Positions 34,674 through 43,793 of a stretch of 64,000 nucleotides of DNA are shown one piece after another. The notes under the pieces were generated by a model. It was not told the DNA's origin and did no database searches. It was given only the letters and a program-made list of their open reading frames with translations. The stretch's first letter is position 1; each line of letters opens with the position of its first letter. This DNA is from a virus. The stretch lies in IMG/VR virus record IMGVR_UViG_3300045988_154140, positions 4,555 to 68,554 of that record; one strand, written 5' to 3'. Position numbers and translations under genes: made by a program.

Positions 34674-34801
34674 CGGTTGAGGCGGCAGATGTCTGAGCAA
34701 CTGATGCCGCAAAGATAAATACTTTCATAGGAACAATACAAATGTTTTCATGGATTTTACGAGTTAATTAACAAGTTTTAACTTTACGCGTCAATACTTC
34801 T

Positions 34802-35182
34802 ATGACTGGAAAGGAATTAAAGGACAAACTATCTACTTGCGGTATTTCGCAAGCGGAAATCGCAAGGCGATTAGGAATGTCAACTCAAAGTATGTCGCAA
34901 GCGCTTAATGTTGCGGACATAAAAACAGGCTTTCTTGAGAAGATTGCAAACGTTCTTGGTGTGCCTATGTCAAGGTTTTACCCAAACGATGCCGCTACCA
35001 TCACCAACGAGAGTAGCGAGCTACACGTGCGCAACAATAGCGGCGTTGTATCGGGTACAAACAATGGCAGCATCAGCGCAGTGCAGGACGCGCAGAGACT
35101 TGTAGAGATACTGGTCGAGGCAAATGCCAAGAAAGACCAACAGATAGATAAACTGATAGCCTTACTATCTAAACAACAATAA
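34802..35182 (+). CDS. XRE-family HTH repressor (CI-like position)
   Basis: ISQAEIARRLGMSTQSMSQAL HTH; divergent from the early operon; heads the integrase-side operon. Confidence 0.85.
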   Translation: MTGKELKDKLSTCGISQAEIARRLGMSTQSMSQALNVADIKTGFLEKIANVLGVPMSRFYPNDAATITNESSELHVRNNSGVVSGTNNGSISAVQDAQRLVEILVEANAKKDQQIDKLIALLSKQQ

Positions 35183-35184
35183 CT

Positions 35185-35583
35185 ATGGAAGCGAAGTTTT
35201 ATATCATCTTCGGTACGTTCTTCCTGCTGTCCGTACTGCTTATGATACACGTCAACTCACGCCTTATGCGACATGCCGACAAGCGCCTGGAGTCCGTGCA
35301 TAAGATGGTGGACAGAATGGCAGGAAGTGCCGACAAACTCGCAGAGAGCATCTGCCGCATGAAGGACATCATATCTGAGATGAAGGAGGAGGACAACAGC
35401 CGTATCAAGCAGCTCATCAAAAACCGCGATGACTTCCGAGAGGCCTACAACAAGCTGCTTCAGACCTACAAGGTGGAGAGGACGAAGAAGGAAGAACTCT
35501 ACAACTCCTACATCACCGCCCTCAAAGACCTTGCCTCCCGACCGACAATAAATAACACGCACAGCACAACGGAGATAGTATAA
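35185..35583 (+). CDS. Membrane-anchored coiled-coil protein (132 aa)
   Basis: N-terminal TM FYIIFGTFFLLSVLLMI, then a charged helical region. Confidence 0.6.
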   Translation: MEAKFYIIFGTFFLLSVLLMIHVNSRLMRHADKRLESVHKMVDRMAGSADKLAESICRMKDIISEMKEEDNSRIKQLIKNRDDFREAYNKLLQTYKVERTKKEELYNSYITALKDLASRPTINNTHSTTEIV

Positions 35584-35585
35584 AA

Positions 35586-35840
35586 ATGTCTAACTTTGCA
35601 GAGAAGCGTATGAGACGGGAGAAACAGGAGAAGCATGACAGCGAACGCAGGACAGCCCTGAGCAAGTTCCTCTACAACCTTGCCCTGGCCTGCTTCACCA
35701 TAATGGTTCTGAGTAACGATGCCCCGCTCATCAACGAAGACACCAAAGAGTACAACACCTATAACGCGATTGCTATAGCAATGGGGTTAGTCTCCACAAT
35801 AGTACTCGCGTATTTGGCAAACAATATAATGCGTAAATAA
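35586..35840 (+). CDS. Small two-TM membrane protein (84 aa)
   Basis: TM segments LYNLALACFTIMVL and IAIAMGLVSTIVLAYL. Confidence 0.55.
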   Translation: MSNFAEKRMRREKQEKHDSERRTALSKFLYNLALACFTIMVLSNDAPLINEDTKEYNTYNAIAIAMGLVSTIVLAYLANNIMRK

Positions 35841-35841
35841 C

Positions 35842-35940
35842 ATGGCACTATTCACCTACACACTCATCACCGTTATAGGCATAGCCTTCGCGATTTGGCT
35901 CCACACAAAGAGCGGAAAGAGATGGCTGGACAACCTATAG
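35842..35940 (+). CDS. 32-aa single-TM peptide (MALFTYTLITVIGIAFAIWLHTKSGKRWLDNL), below the ORF-track cutoff
   Basis: My own translation; the ATG lies 1 nt after the preceding stop. Confidence 0.4.
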   Translation: MALFTYTLITVIGIAFAIWLHTKSGKRWLDNL

Positions 35941-35973
35941 CCCTCAGTATTGGTAAACGGAAATAGCATAAAT

Positions 35974-36495
35974 ATGAAGAAGCTGCTTATCATTATAATG
36001 GTGCTCACCATGAGCATCAGCCTACACGCACAGCAATTTGCGGGTGTGTCATTTGGCATGCCCTACGACAAATGCAAAATCATCCTGGACAGAAGGTTCA
36101 ATGATGGAGTGGAAAGCGAGCAACTTGAAAAAGGCCTCCTCATATACCCAGATGTAAACTTCGCGGGTAGATATTTTAGCGCTGCGGCTTTCTTTTTCAA
36201 ACAAACAACAGTTGGCCGTTGTTTACATTGTGCATCCTTCACATGCGCAATGGGCAGCGCGAATAAAGAAGGAAACCTACGTAAGGCGCGGCAAGGGCTA
36301 AACGAACTTTACGAAAAATATGTAGCAAAAAAGCCAAACTACTACCCCATCAAAGAAAACGATGGGTCATTTACAATGTATGACGAGGAGGACAATCCGC
36401 AGATCGAGGGCTGTATAATGAGGAGTGACGGCAAGATATACTTGGTTCTTAGCTATGGCCCCGTAAAGATTGCAGGAGAAGATGACGACATATAG
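35974..36495 (+). CDS. Secreted protein with cleavable signal peptide (173 aa)
   Basis: MKKLLIIIMVLTMSISLHAQQ signal-like N-terminus; ATG at 35974. Confidence 0.65.
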   Translation: MKKLLIIIMVLTMSISLHAQQFAGVSFGMPYDKCKIILDRRFNDGVESEQLEKGLLIYPDVNFAGRYFSAAAFFFKQTTVGRCLHCASFTCAMGSANKEGNLRKARQGLNELYEKYVAKKPNYYPIKENDGSFTMYDEEDNPQIEGCIMRSDGKIYLVLSYGPVKIAGEDDDI

Positions 36496-36499
36496 ACAC

Positions 36500-36835
36500 G
36501 TGCGCAAAAAGCAAAACAATGCTCAAAACCGTGCAACAACGAAATTAGAATAATCACATAAAGAGTTATATAACAAAGAGTTACAAGGTGTTATGCACAC
36601 CTTTGTAGCGGGACTGTATGCCAAAAGCGGCAACAAACTTAAAAACTCACTGAGCAGCAGCACAATGCGCACACAACAGCATAAACCTCAATAAGATAAA
36701 GAATGAGAAAACATAATAAAAGATGAGAAAACATAATAAAAGATAGCAATAAATCCATGCGCTATTGCACGAAAATTGGGGTAAACCGTGCTCAAAACCG
36801 TGCATAAATACATGCTCATTTTCTTATACCTTGAT
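36500..36835 (+). other. Candidate attP / integrase control region
   Basis: 15-bp direct repeat GCTCAAAACCGTGCA at 36521 and 36790; AAAGAGTTA x2 at 36560 and 36575; hairpin AAGGTG-TTATG-CACCTT near 36585; A-tract array C. Confidence 0.35.
36690..36753 (+). repeat. Array C: exact 20-bp tandem repeat ATGAGAAAACATAATAAAAG x2 within phased A-tracts (same motif family as arrays A/B, sense to int)
   Basis: 36703-36722 and 36723-36742 are identical. Confidence 0.85.
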
Positions 36836-38068
36836 ATGGCAACCATAAAACTATACTTAGACGCAAGAGTGATTAACAAGAATGGCAGCGCGCCGTTAAA
36901 GTTAGCCGTGAGAAATAAGAACGAAGTAGCGTATCTCTCACTCGGAATTAGTGTGCCTCCCTCATGCTGGAAGAATGGAAAAGTATATGCGGGGAAAGAT
37001 GCTCCACGCCTTACGCATCCACCCAAAATATTAAACCAAAGGATTGCCAACATATTGGCAAAATGCGAACTTGCGTTTGAAAAGGAGTGTGGGCTTCGCA
37101 CAAACATCAGTGCAAGAGTACTGCGTGACAAGATACTAATCCTGCTAAAGGGAGAAGAGCAACCCGAAGAGATACGTACACTGGAAAGCCTGTTCAAAGA
37201 GGTTGCCGATAACTCTGGCTCTACCGAAAAAACAAAGCGAAGATATATGACCGCATACAAGAAGCTTCTTTCCCTCATTCCAGGCACTAAAGCAATGCCA
37301 CCCGACCTTGTGGACACTAAATATGTGGAAAAGTTCTATGAGGGAATGCGCAAAGAGGGGCTACGTGACACGACCATCTCGCTATATCTGCAACAGCTGC
37401 GAACGGTGTATAACTATGCAGTCCAAAAAAGGTTATGCCACCCAACCGAAAACCCATTCAAAAGCAAGAAGTTGAAGACAAGTTATTCCGTTGTCCACCG
37501 AAACATCCTTATCGATGATTTCCGTATAATATGGAATACACGCGTGCGGGACCTTAATATATCAAGACCAACATCCGTGGCAAAGGTGGCTATGGCGCTT
37601 GACATCTTCAAGCTCATGTTTTGTTTGTGTGGGCTAAATCTAAAAGACCTTGTTAGACTTACAGACAAAGACATAATCAATGGCCGCATCGAAACGTACA
37701 GAGCAAAGACCAATACGCGCATATCAATTAAACTGGAGCCAGAGGCTCTTGAGCTGATAAAAAGACTGCGCAAAGGAGAGCGACTTATCGGTAAGGCCTT
37801 AAGCCACAAATCGTATGACTCATTTATTGGATTGATGAATAAAAGGCTGTCTCTTATAAGTCCAGAGCTGACCACCTACTACGCGAGGCACACATGGGCT
37901 ACGCTGGCCTTCGACCTCGACATACCAGACCACGTTATAGCAATGGGGCTGTCGCATTCCTATCAGACGAGGAACGCAAACATGTTTTATATCAACAACG
38001 ACTACAAGAAGCTGGATGTGGCAAACAGGAAGATACTGGACTATGTGAAGGGCGAGATAGAACTGTAG
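36836..38068 (+). CDS. int: Tyrosine recombinase / phage integrase (Bacteroidota IntDOT-like type)
   Basis: N-terminal IKLYLDARV..GSAPLKL arm-binding-type domain, ARHTWAT, GLSH, C-terminal Tyr region. I set the start at ATG 36836. Confidence 0.85.
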   Translation: MATIKLYLDARVINKNGSAPLKLAVRNKNEVAYLSLGISVPPSCWKNGKVYAGKDAPRLTHPPKILNQRIANILAKCELAFEKECGLRTNISARVLRDKILILLKGEEQPEEIRTLESLFKEVADNSGSTEKTKRRYMTAYKKLLSLIPGTKAMPPDLVDTKYVEKFYEGMRKEGLRDTTISLYLQQLRTVYNYAVQKRLCHPTENPFKSKKLKTSYSVVHRNILIDDFRIIWNTRVRDLNISRPTSVAKVAMALDIFKLMFCLCGLNLKDLVRLTDKDIINGRIETYRAKTNTRISIKLEPEALELIKRLRKGERLIGKALSHKSYDSFIGLMNKRLSLISPELTTYYARHTWATLAFDLDIPDHVIAMGLSHSYQTRNANMFYINNDYKKLDVANRKILDYVKGEIEL

Positions 38069-38085
38069 CCTATCCCGCCCTACTG

Positions 38086-41000
38086 TCAGTGCATCTTGTC
38101 ACCGAAGCGCTCCACGTACTGAAGAACAACACCGTTCAGCGCGTCCAGCTCGTTGAAGTTAGTGACCACAAGTATGCGATACCACTTCGCCGAGAAAGCC
38201 TTGAGCGAGGTGAGCCTATACCAGTTCACACGGTCATTGCTTGCGAAGACTGCCACACGCAGCACGCTCGTTGCACTTGTCTTCTGCGCGAGCGTGCGTA
38301 GGTCATATATCATCTTACGCGCAGTCGGGTCATCCAAGGACAGCGGCCTTGTGAGTGCGTAGCCTATGCTGTGCTCCTCCAGCTGCTTCTGCGTGCTCGT
38401 AACGTCCTCATACCCGTAGAGTGTAGCATCACCACCCTGCATAAGCATGCTTGGGTAGTCAGACACGATGCTTGCAACAGAGAAGGGAAGCGTCTGCATT
38501 GCCCACTCACCCGACTTCACATCCATCACGTAGTGCCACTTCTCACCGTCTATGAACACATGCAGGAGATTACGTGGGTAGTCGTAGGCTATACGTGCTG
38601 TCTGCAACCGCTCCACAAACACCTTCTCATCCTGTACTGAGGGTGCCGTACCGCTGAACTCTGTAGCAATGGACTGCACCGCGGGCTGTATGTCGGGGTT
38701 GCTCTCTGATACGTTGAAGCCGTTAAGTTCGTCTCCCACTGACCGCACGCCCTGCCCGCTCAGCATCTTCAGACCAGATGCCGTGACGAACGCCACAGAG
38801 CCGTCAAGCATGGTGACAGAGGAGACGTTAGTCAACACATCACGGCTTGTCGGGTTCTTGCAGAGATAGCGCCCCGTATCGGCCACCTCAAGTTCCCAGA
38901 TGCCATCTGTGCAGAACGCCTGCACAGCATTACGGCCGTAGGTGTTCTGCGAGAATGCCACAGCCGTTGTGGCAAGCGCGAGGATAGTGCCGTTTCCTAC
39001 GCTTATACGCTGTGTGGTGGGAAACAGCACTGGATTGTCTGTCTCTGACACGTACAACTTGTTTGGCAGATGAAGCGAGTTATCTGCCACGCTTGCCGTT
39101 GCCTCCTCCTCGGTGCAGGACTCGTAGGCAGGGCTATTGTAGTCATTGAACCAATACGCGCCCTCCAGGAACTTGTGGGCAGTAAGAGGCAGCTTGCATT
39201 TGTCATAAACGTAGGATCCGTCTCCAAGCGGTGTGCGCGTATAGACTACCGCCTCACGCGCATCAGCGTCTGGGTAGAAGAGCCATGCTACATCCAAGCC
39301 CGCTATCTCGTCGCCCCAGCCGCTATCCGCATATACAGCCATGCCGTTCTTGACAAGAGACACCACCACGCGCGCAGCGTGAGTCCAGATGTCCGCTTCC
39401 TCATTCCTGCCCCTATCCTCGGCATACCCCGTCATCAGCTCAAGCACAGAACCTCCCCAGACGCGCTCTGTCACATCCGCAAGGTGAAGCTTGGAGTTAT
39501 ACGAGAACAAGACAGACGCGGCCAACTTATTGTGGGAGTGGTTATCGTCCTCAACGCGCTCAAGACTCGGTATGCTGAACAAGTCCTTACCCTCAGTATC
39601 TACGGTTGTCCACCCAGCCTTAATCTCCTCAATGGGGTACTCACCTATAACGTGGAAGTTACTCTGTTCAACTATATTGCTCCTTGTTGTCTTGTCATCG
39701 AAGCGTGGGAGCGCTATCTGCATGAGATACGCACCATCCGACTTAAACTCTCCTGAGCGCGCAAGAAGCCCACCGATGGGCTGCTTGAGATAGCCCGCAT
39801 ATTGCGCCTTGGTGACGTAGAACGAACCTTTGCTGAGGTTGCCATACATATCTTCCCCACCTACGCAATACGTTCCATCCTCTTCCACCGTGTATGTACG
39901 CTTGCTCTCTGCCGTGCTGATGTAGTCCTTGCGCACGATGTTGCCGTTCGCCTCCTTCTTGAAGATGATAATATCACCTGGTTCACTGCTTCCGTGCGTC
40001 AGCACGTCACCTTTGGACAAGTCCAGCATCACGCTGCTGTCATACCATCCACCTGCTGACGGGGCTTCGTTAGACACCTCGTAGGTCATTGCCTGGCCAA
40101 GCGAGGCTATCTTAGATGCCGTAAATGGGTCATCAGTCAGCCCAGAAGCATACTCCCCGTCTATGTAGATGGTATTACTCTCCAACTTGGTCTTGTCCTT
40201 ATCGAACGTATAGCCCTCATTGTAGCGGTAAATGGCAGGAGTGACCGCCACAACGACGGACTGTATCAAGTCCTTCCAGGCGTTGAGGTTCTGCACGTCA
40301 GTATCGGACAGATAGAACTGAAGACGACAGCGGCAACCAAACACATTGCTCGGGTATTCGCCTGCATTGGAGCCTTGTACAAGGAAGTAGGGTGCGCACC
40401 CTGAGTTAGGGGTGAGCAAGGCTGGGCAGGACAGATGGGTTATCGAGCCATCGAAGAGACGCAAGCCTACGCGCGCAAAGAAGGGAAGCACGAACTTGCC
40501 AGCATCCTTCATCGCATCGGAGAGGAACTTGTTAGCCGCTCCCATGATAGCCTGTAGGTTGTCGCTTGTATTGTCGGGCGCAATGCCCGTCTTGCCATCA
40601 ACGCTGTTGGCGTACACCTTCACGTTACAGAAGAAAGTCTCTCCATTGGAATGGCTGGCGTTGCTTCTGTAATAGAGCGCAGAGGTGTTCATTGGTATCT
40701 TTATATCCTTATAAGCGTTCTTACGCAGGACGTACTCATACGCAAACTGCCCGGAAACGTCAAGACGGATATACACGTCATATTTGGAATAGTTGAAGAA
40801 CCGATATGTCTTGCCCCTCTGTAGTGTCTCCTTAGCCGCGAGTGTCTTCTTCTTTCCCTTATAAGACCCGTCCATGCTGTTCCAATAGGCAGGAGCCGCA
40901 GGGTCGCTGATGGTAAAATGCAGCGTGCTGTAGTCGGCGATGGAGCCCGCTGTAACCATCTTCACAATAGTGCTGCCTTGATCAATGTAGAACTCTCCGT

Positions 41001-41775
41001 CCAAAGCCACCTGTGCATCTATCTCGGGTATAGCGCCACCAAGGTTGATATACTTGCCGTCCTTCCACAGCAGATAGCGCACCTCGTCCTCAAACTTTAC
41101 AACAAGCATGTTGCCGAACGGCAGCACCTGTAGAATGCGTGAAGAGTCCGACAGTATCTCCTGCCGCTCCATATCAACCTCGGTGAACCACATCAGAGAG
41201 TAATGGGCTATCCTCGTAGGGGAGCCTGAATAAACATACGGTTCCTGCCTGCTATCTACAACCTCTATGCTCACGGTGTCCCATTTGCTGCCTATGCCTG
41301 CTATCTCTGCGCCAGTAACCACGTGCGAGCGCATGTAGTTCTTAGACCTTACACGCGCCACATTACCCGTCATCGTGACAGGCAACACCTCTTTTGCACC
41401 GTTGTCGAAAGTAAGGGTAAGGGTAAGCTCTCTGCCCTGGAAAGAGTAGTTGCAGTAAAGCTGGAGCAGCCAGAACTGCTGCATCACAACCTTAAACTCA
41501 AAACTCATGTTAGGACGGCGCACACCCCAGTTGTCCATGATGCTTATGTAGTGCTTCTCTGTCTGCACCATGTGTATGCAGGCAAGGCTCTCCTTCTTCT
41601 TGTTGCTCTCAAAGGAGATACCTGTACTCACGGGCTGCGGCAGTCCTGTAAGCTCCTCGCCCCTTGGCCAGAGGTTTACACACTCGCTCAGCTCTCCCTC
41701 CTGTGGTGTAGAGGGGCTTCTGTGCATGCCCTTACCAAAGGGTATGATGCTGCGCTGTAGATTCTTCGTTGCCAT
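38086..41775 (-). CDS. Large virion-associated protein of unknown function (1229 aa)
   Basis: ORF track; 3 nt downstream of the portal gene; beta-rich composition, no motif recognised. Confidence 0.75.
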   Translation of the reverse strand: MATKNLQRSIIPFGKGMHRSPSTPQEGELSECVNLWPRGEELTGLPQPVSTGISFESNKKKESLACIHMVQTEKHYISIMDNWGVRRPNMSFEFKVVMQQFWLLQLYCNYSFQGRELTLTLTFDNGAKEVLPVTMTGNVARVRSKNYMRSHVVTGAEIAGIGSKWDTVSIEVVDSRQEPYVYSGSPTRIAHYSLMWFTEVDMERQEILSDSSRILQVLPFGNMLVVKFEDEVRYLLWKDGKYINLGGAIPEIDAQVALDGEFYIDQGSTIVKMVTAGSIADYSTLHFTISDPAAPAYWNSMDGSYKGKKKTLAAKETLQRGKTYRFFNYSKYDVYIRLDVSGQFAYEYVLRKNAYKDIKIPMNTSALYYRSNASHSNGETFFCNVKVYANSVDGKTGIAPDNTSDNLQAIMGAANKFLSDAMKDAGKFVLPFFARVGLRLFDGSITHLSCPALLTPNSGCAPYFLVQGSNAGEYPSNVFGCRCRLQFYLSDTDVQNLNAWKDLIQSVVVAVTPAIYRYNEGYTFDKDKTKLESNTIYIDGEYASGLTDDPFTASKIASLGQAMTYEVSNEAPSAGGWYDSSVMLDLSKGDVLTHGSSEPGDIIIFKKEANGNIVRKDYISTAESKRTYTVEEDGTYCVGGEDMYGNLSKGSFYVTKAQYAGYLKQPIGGLLARSGEFKSDGAYLMQIALPRFDDKTTRSNIVEQSNFHVIGEYPIEEIKAGWTTVDTEGKDLFSIPSLERVEDDNHSHNKLAASVLFSYNSKLHLADVTERVWGGSVLELMTGYAEDRGRNEEADIWTHAARVVVSLVKNGMAVYADSGWGDEIAGLDVAWLFYPDADAREAVVYTRTPLGDGSYVYDKCKLPLTAHKFLEGAYWFNDYNSPAYESCTEEEATASVADNSLHLPNKLYVSETDNPVLFPTTQRISVGNGTILALATTAVAFSQNTYGRNAVQAFCTDGIWELEVADTGRYLCKNPTSRDVLTNVSSVTMLDGSVAFVTASGLKMLSGQGVRSVGDELNGFNVSESNPDIQPAVQSIATEFSGTAPSVQDEKVFVERLQTARIAYDYPRNLLHVFIDGEKWHYVMDVKSGEWAMQTLPFSVASIVSDYPSMLMQGGDATLYGYEDVTSTQKQLEEHSIGYALTRPLSLDDPTARKMIYDLRTLAQKTSATSVLRVAVFASNDRVNWYRLTSLKAFSAKWYRILVVTNFNELDALNGVVLQYVERFGDKMH

Positions 41776-41778
41776 TAC

Positions 41779-43680
41779 TTACTCCTGTGTTTGTGGTTGT
41801 GTCTCCTGTTGGCTTCTCTGCTGCATTGCGGCCATCGCCTGCTCAAGCTGCTTCCTCACCGTACTGCTTGCGGGGAGATAACTCATCTGAAGCATCTGCG
41901 CGGCATCCACCGCTCCTGCCTGCCACATCTGCGAAACAAGGTCGTTCATCGCCATGCGGAACACTGGGTTCTCAGGTGACATGAGGATACGCACACCGAA
42001 CTTCACATCCTGCACCTCCACTGGGTCATACTTGGTGACCTCGCTCATGCCGTTGGAGCGCATCACACTTATGTTCCCCTCTCGGTAGTACTGATGTATG
42101 ACCTGCATCTTCTTCTCTGCCACTTGCTGCTCAAACGAGCCGAACTTCAGCAGGAGTGCGCTCACGCTCGTAGTGCTGTTCTGCGACTCCAGCGCGTAGC
42201 GGCTTGCCGATGTCCCGCTCTTGGCAGTCTTACCTTGCAGCGCCTCGCTCACACTCGTTATGTCGGGGATGAAGCCAAGCTGCAACTGGAGCATATCGGT
42301 GATACCCGTCATGTTGGTGTTGCTAACCACCACCTCGGGCTTGTTCATACTGCGGCCTTCCTTGTCATCGTAGAATATGAAGTTGCCCGTCTCGCGTATG
42401 CTTCGCGCAAACTCTGCCTCGGTCATGTTGCTAGGCACGCAAGACTTCGGTATCATGGTTATGCCCTTCGCGCTTGCCTGTATGACAATATCGAACAGCG
42501 TCACCAGTCTGTTGATGTAACGCTGCTGGTCAATGACAGGACTCATGTAGGGTATCACATCACCGTTGACATACTCATATATCTTGAACGTGTAGGGGTA
42601 CGAACCGTGCTCGTAGGGGCTGTCGTACTCCTCCAGTATAAGGCCACCTGGGGCGAGCGCCTGGTAGTGCCAGTATGTGTCAAAGACGGGCGTGTACTCG
42701 ATAAGAGGCACGTCCTCGCGTGCCATGCCAGCGGCCTCTGCCTGTGCAAGCCTTGCCTCGTTCTCTGCTGTAACGAGAGGCAGCTGCTCTGGTTCTATGC
42801 GGTAGAGCGGCTGGTCAAAGTCCATGATGTCCTTGCATCTGTACCTCAGCTTATGCTCCTTAGTCCAGACATGATACACCCTGCACATATCCCTATCCGA
42901 TACATCCCAGTACGGATCCTTCAGCTTGTCTGTCTGCTGTCCGTTGGGGAGGATAGACTGCTGACGCGCTATATAGGGTGCGTAGATGTACTCCAGCTGC
43001 TTGTAGTCATACTTGCTGCGCGCGAATCTTGCTGCCAACGCTCCAAGGCTGTAGTCCTCGAAGTGGCCTATGAGCTCCACATCCCTGTGCAGCGGGTCTA
43101 TGCCCGCACTCTCGAAGTAGAAGTGGCTCGGCTCGATGACGAACGTGTAGGCATCCTCAACACCGTTGATGGTTGTCCACTCCTCCATGACCACAGACAT
43201 ACCTCCATACAGCATCTCCTCCATCTCACTCACGAGTATGTCGGGCATCATGTTGTTCTGCCAGTTGGCTTGCAGGGCGTTCGTCATCACGTCAGCCTTC
43301 TCATCGCAGTTAGGACTACGTGCAAAGCACACAGGCTCGGTGCTCTGCTTGCTGTAGAGTCCGCTCAAGGAGTGAACTATCTTGATGAGGTGGTTGTTCT
43401 GCAAGGCTACACCGCCTGTACGCTTGGCTATACGCGAGCTCTCGCGCACCAGTTTGCCCTTCTCGTCATACACCCAGTCGCTCCACTGGTCGATGAAGCA
43501 GTAGTTGATATTGCGCTCTCTACGCTTACGCAAGTCATACAGAGCCTGCCACGCATTCTCTGCGCGCGTAAGCAGTTGTAGGTTGGTCTTGTCTGCGCCC
43601 TTCTGCCGCAAGCGCGCCTTAACGCTGTCACTGTTGTCCTTCTTACCGCGGAAACGGGACACGGGTATGAGTCTCTTCAT
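41779..43680 (-). CDS. Probable portal protein (633 aa)
   Basis: Size, position at the head of a late operon, and Q-rich C-terminal tail. This is general resemblance only; no diagnostic motif. Confidence 0.55.
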   Translation of the reverse strand: MKRLIPVSRFRGKKDNSDSVKARLRQKGADKTNLQLLTRAENAWQALYDLRKRRERNINYCFIDQWSDWVYDEKGKLVRESSRIAKRTGGVALQNNHLIKIVHSLSGLYSKQSTEPVCFARSPNCDEKADVMTNALQANWQNNMMPDILVSEMEEMLYGGMSVVMEEWTTINGVEDAYTFVIEPSHFYFESAGIDPLHRDVELIGHFEDYSLGALAARFARSKYDYKQLEYIYAPYIARQQSILPNGQQTDKLKDPYWDVSDRDMCRVYHVWTKEHKLRYRCKDIMDFDQPLYRIEPEQLPLVTAENEARLAQAEAAGMAREDVPLIEYTPVFDTYWHYQALAPGGLILEEYDSPYEHGSYPYTFKIYEYVNGDVIPYMSPVIDQQRYINRLVTLFDIVIQASAKGITMIPKSCVPSNMTEAEFARSIRETGNFIFYDDKEGRSMNKPEVVVSNTNMTGITDMLQLQLGFIPDITSVSEALQGKTAKSGTSASRYALESQNSTTSVSALLLKFGSFEQQVAEKKMQVIHQYYREGNISVMRSNGMSEVTKYDPVEVQDVKFGVRILMSPENPVFRMAMNDLVSQMWQAGAVDAAQMLQMSYLPASSTVRKQLEQAMAAMQQRSQQETQPQTQE

Positions 43681-43730
43681 GCTATCTTATATATGTACAA
43701 GCGCAAAGATAGACTGCCGTGTAACTCGTT

Positions 43731-43747
43731 TTTGATAATTTGTCATT
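43731..43747. promoter_or_regulatory. 17-bp palindrome-type site TTTGATAATTTGTCATT shared by two divergent late promoters
   Basis: It lies 19 bp from -7 box TATCTTTG (minus, 43704-43711) and 19 bp from TACCTTTG (plus, 43767-43774). Confidence 0.6.
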
Positions 43748-43793
43748 TTGGGCGCGTAACTGAGGCTACCTTTGCCCTTGTACATAAGACGCA

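Noticed and set aside
36836-38068. The integrase seems to lack the first catalytic Arg (CGLNLKD where G-x-R is expected) and has Tyr in place of the His of H-x-x-R (YYARH).
   Set aside because: The IntDOT family of Bacteroidota recombinases is known to lack the canonical Arg I yet remains active, so this is probably a family trait. My by-eye alignment is also uncertain.
42094-43581. A 495-aa plus-strand ORF opposite the portal gene. Similar long shadows occur at 57760-59448 (+), 26989-28155 (+), 15333-16238 (+), 18842-19876 (+) and 61184-61963 (-).
   Set aside because: Each is antisense to a gene with clear motifs or context and has a His/Leu/Val/Arg-rich composition without motifs.
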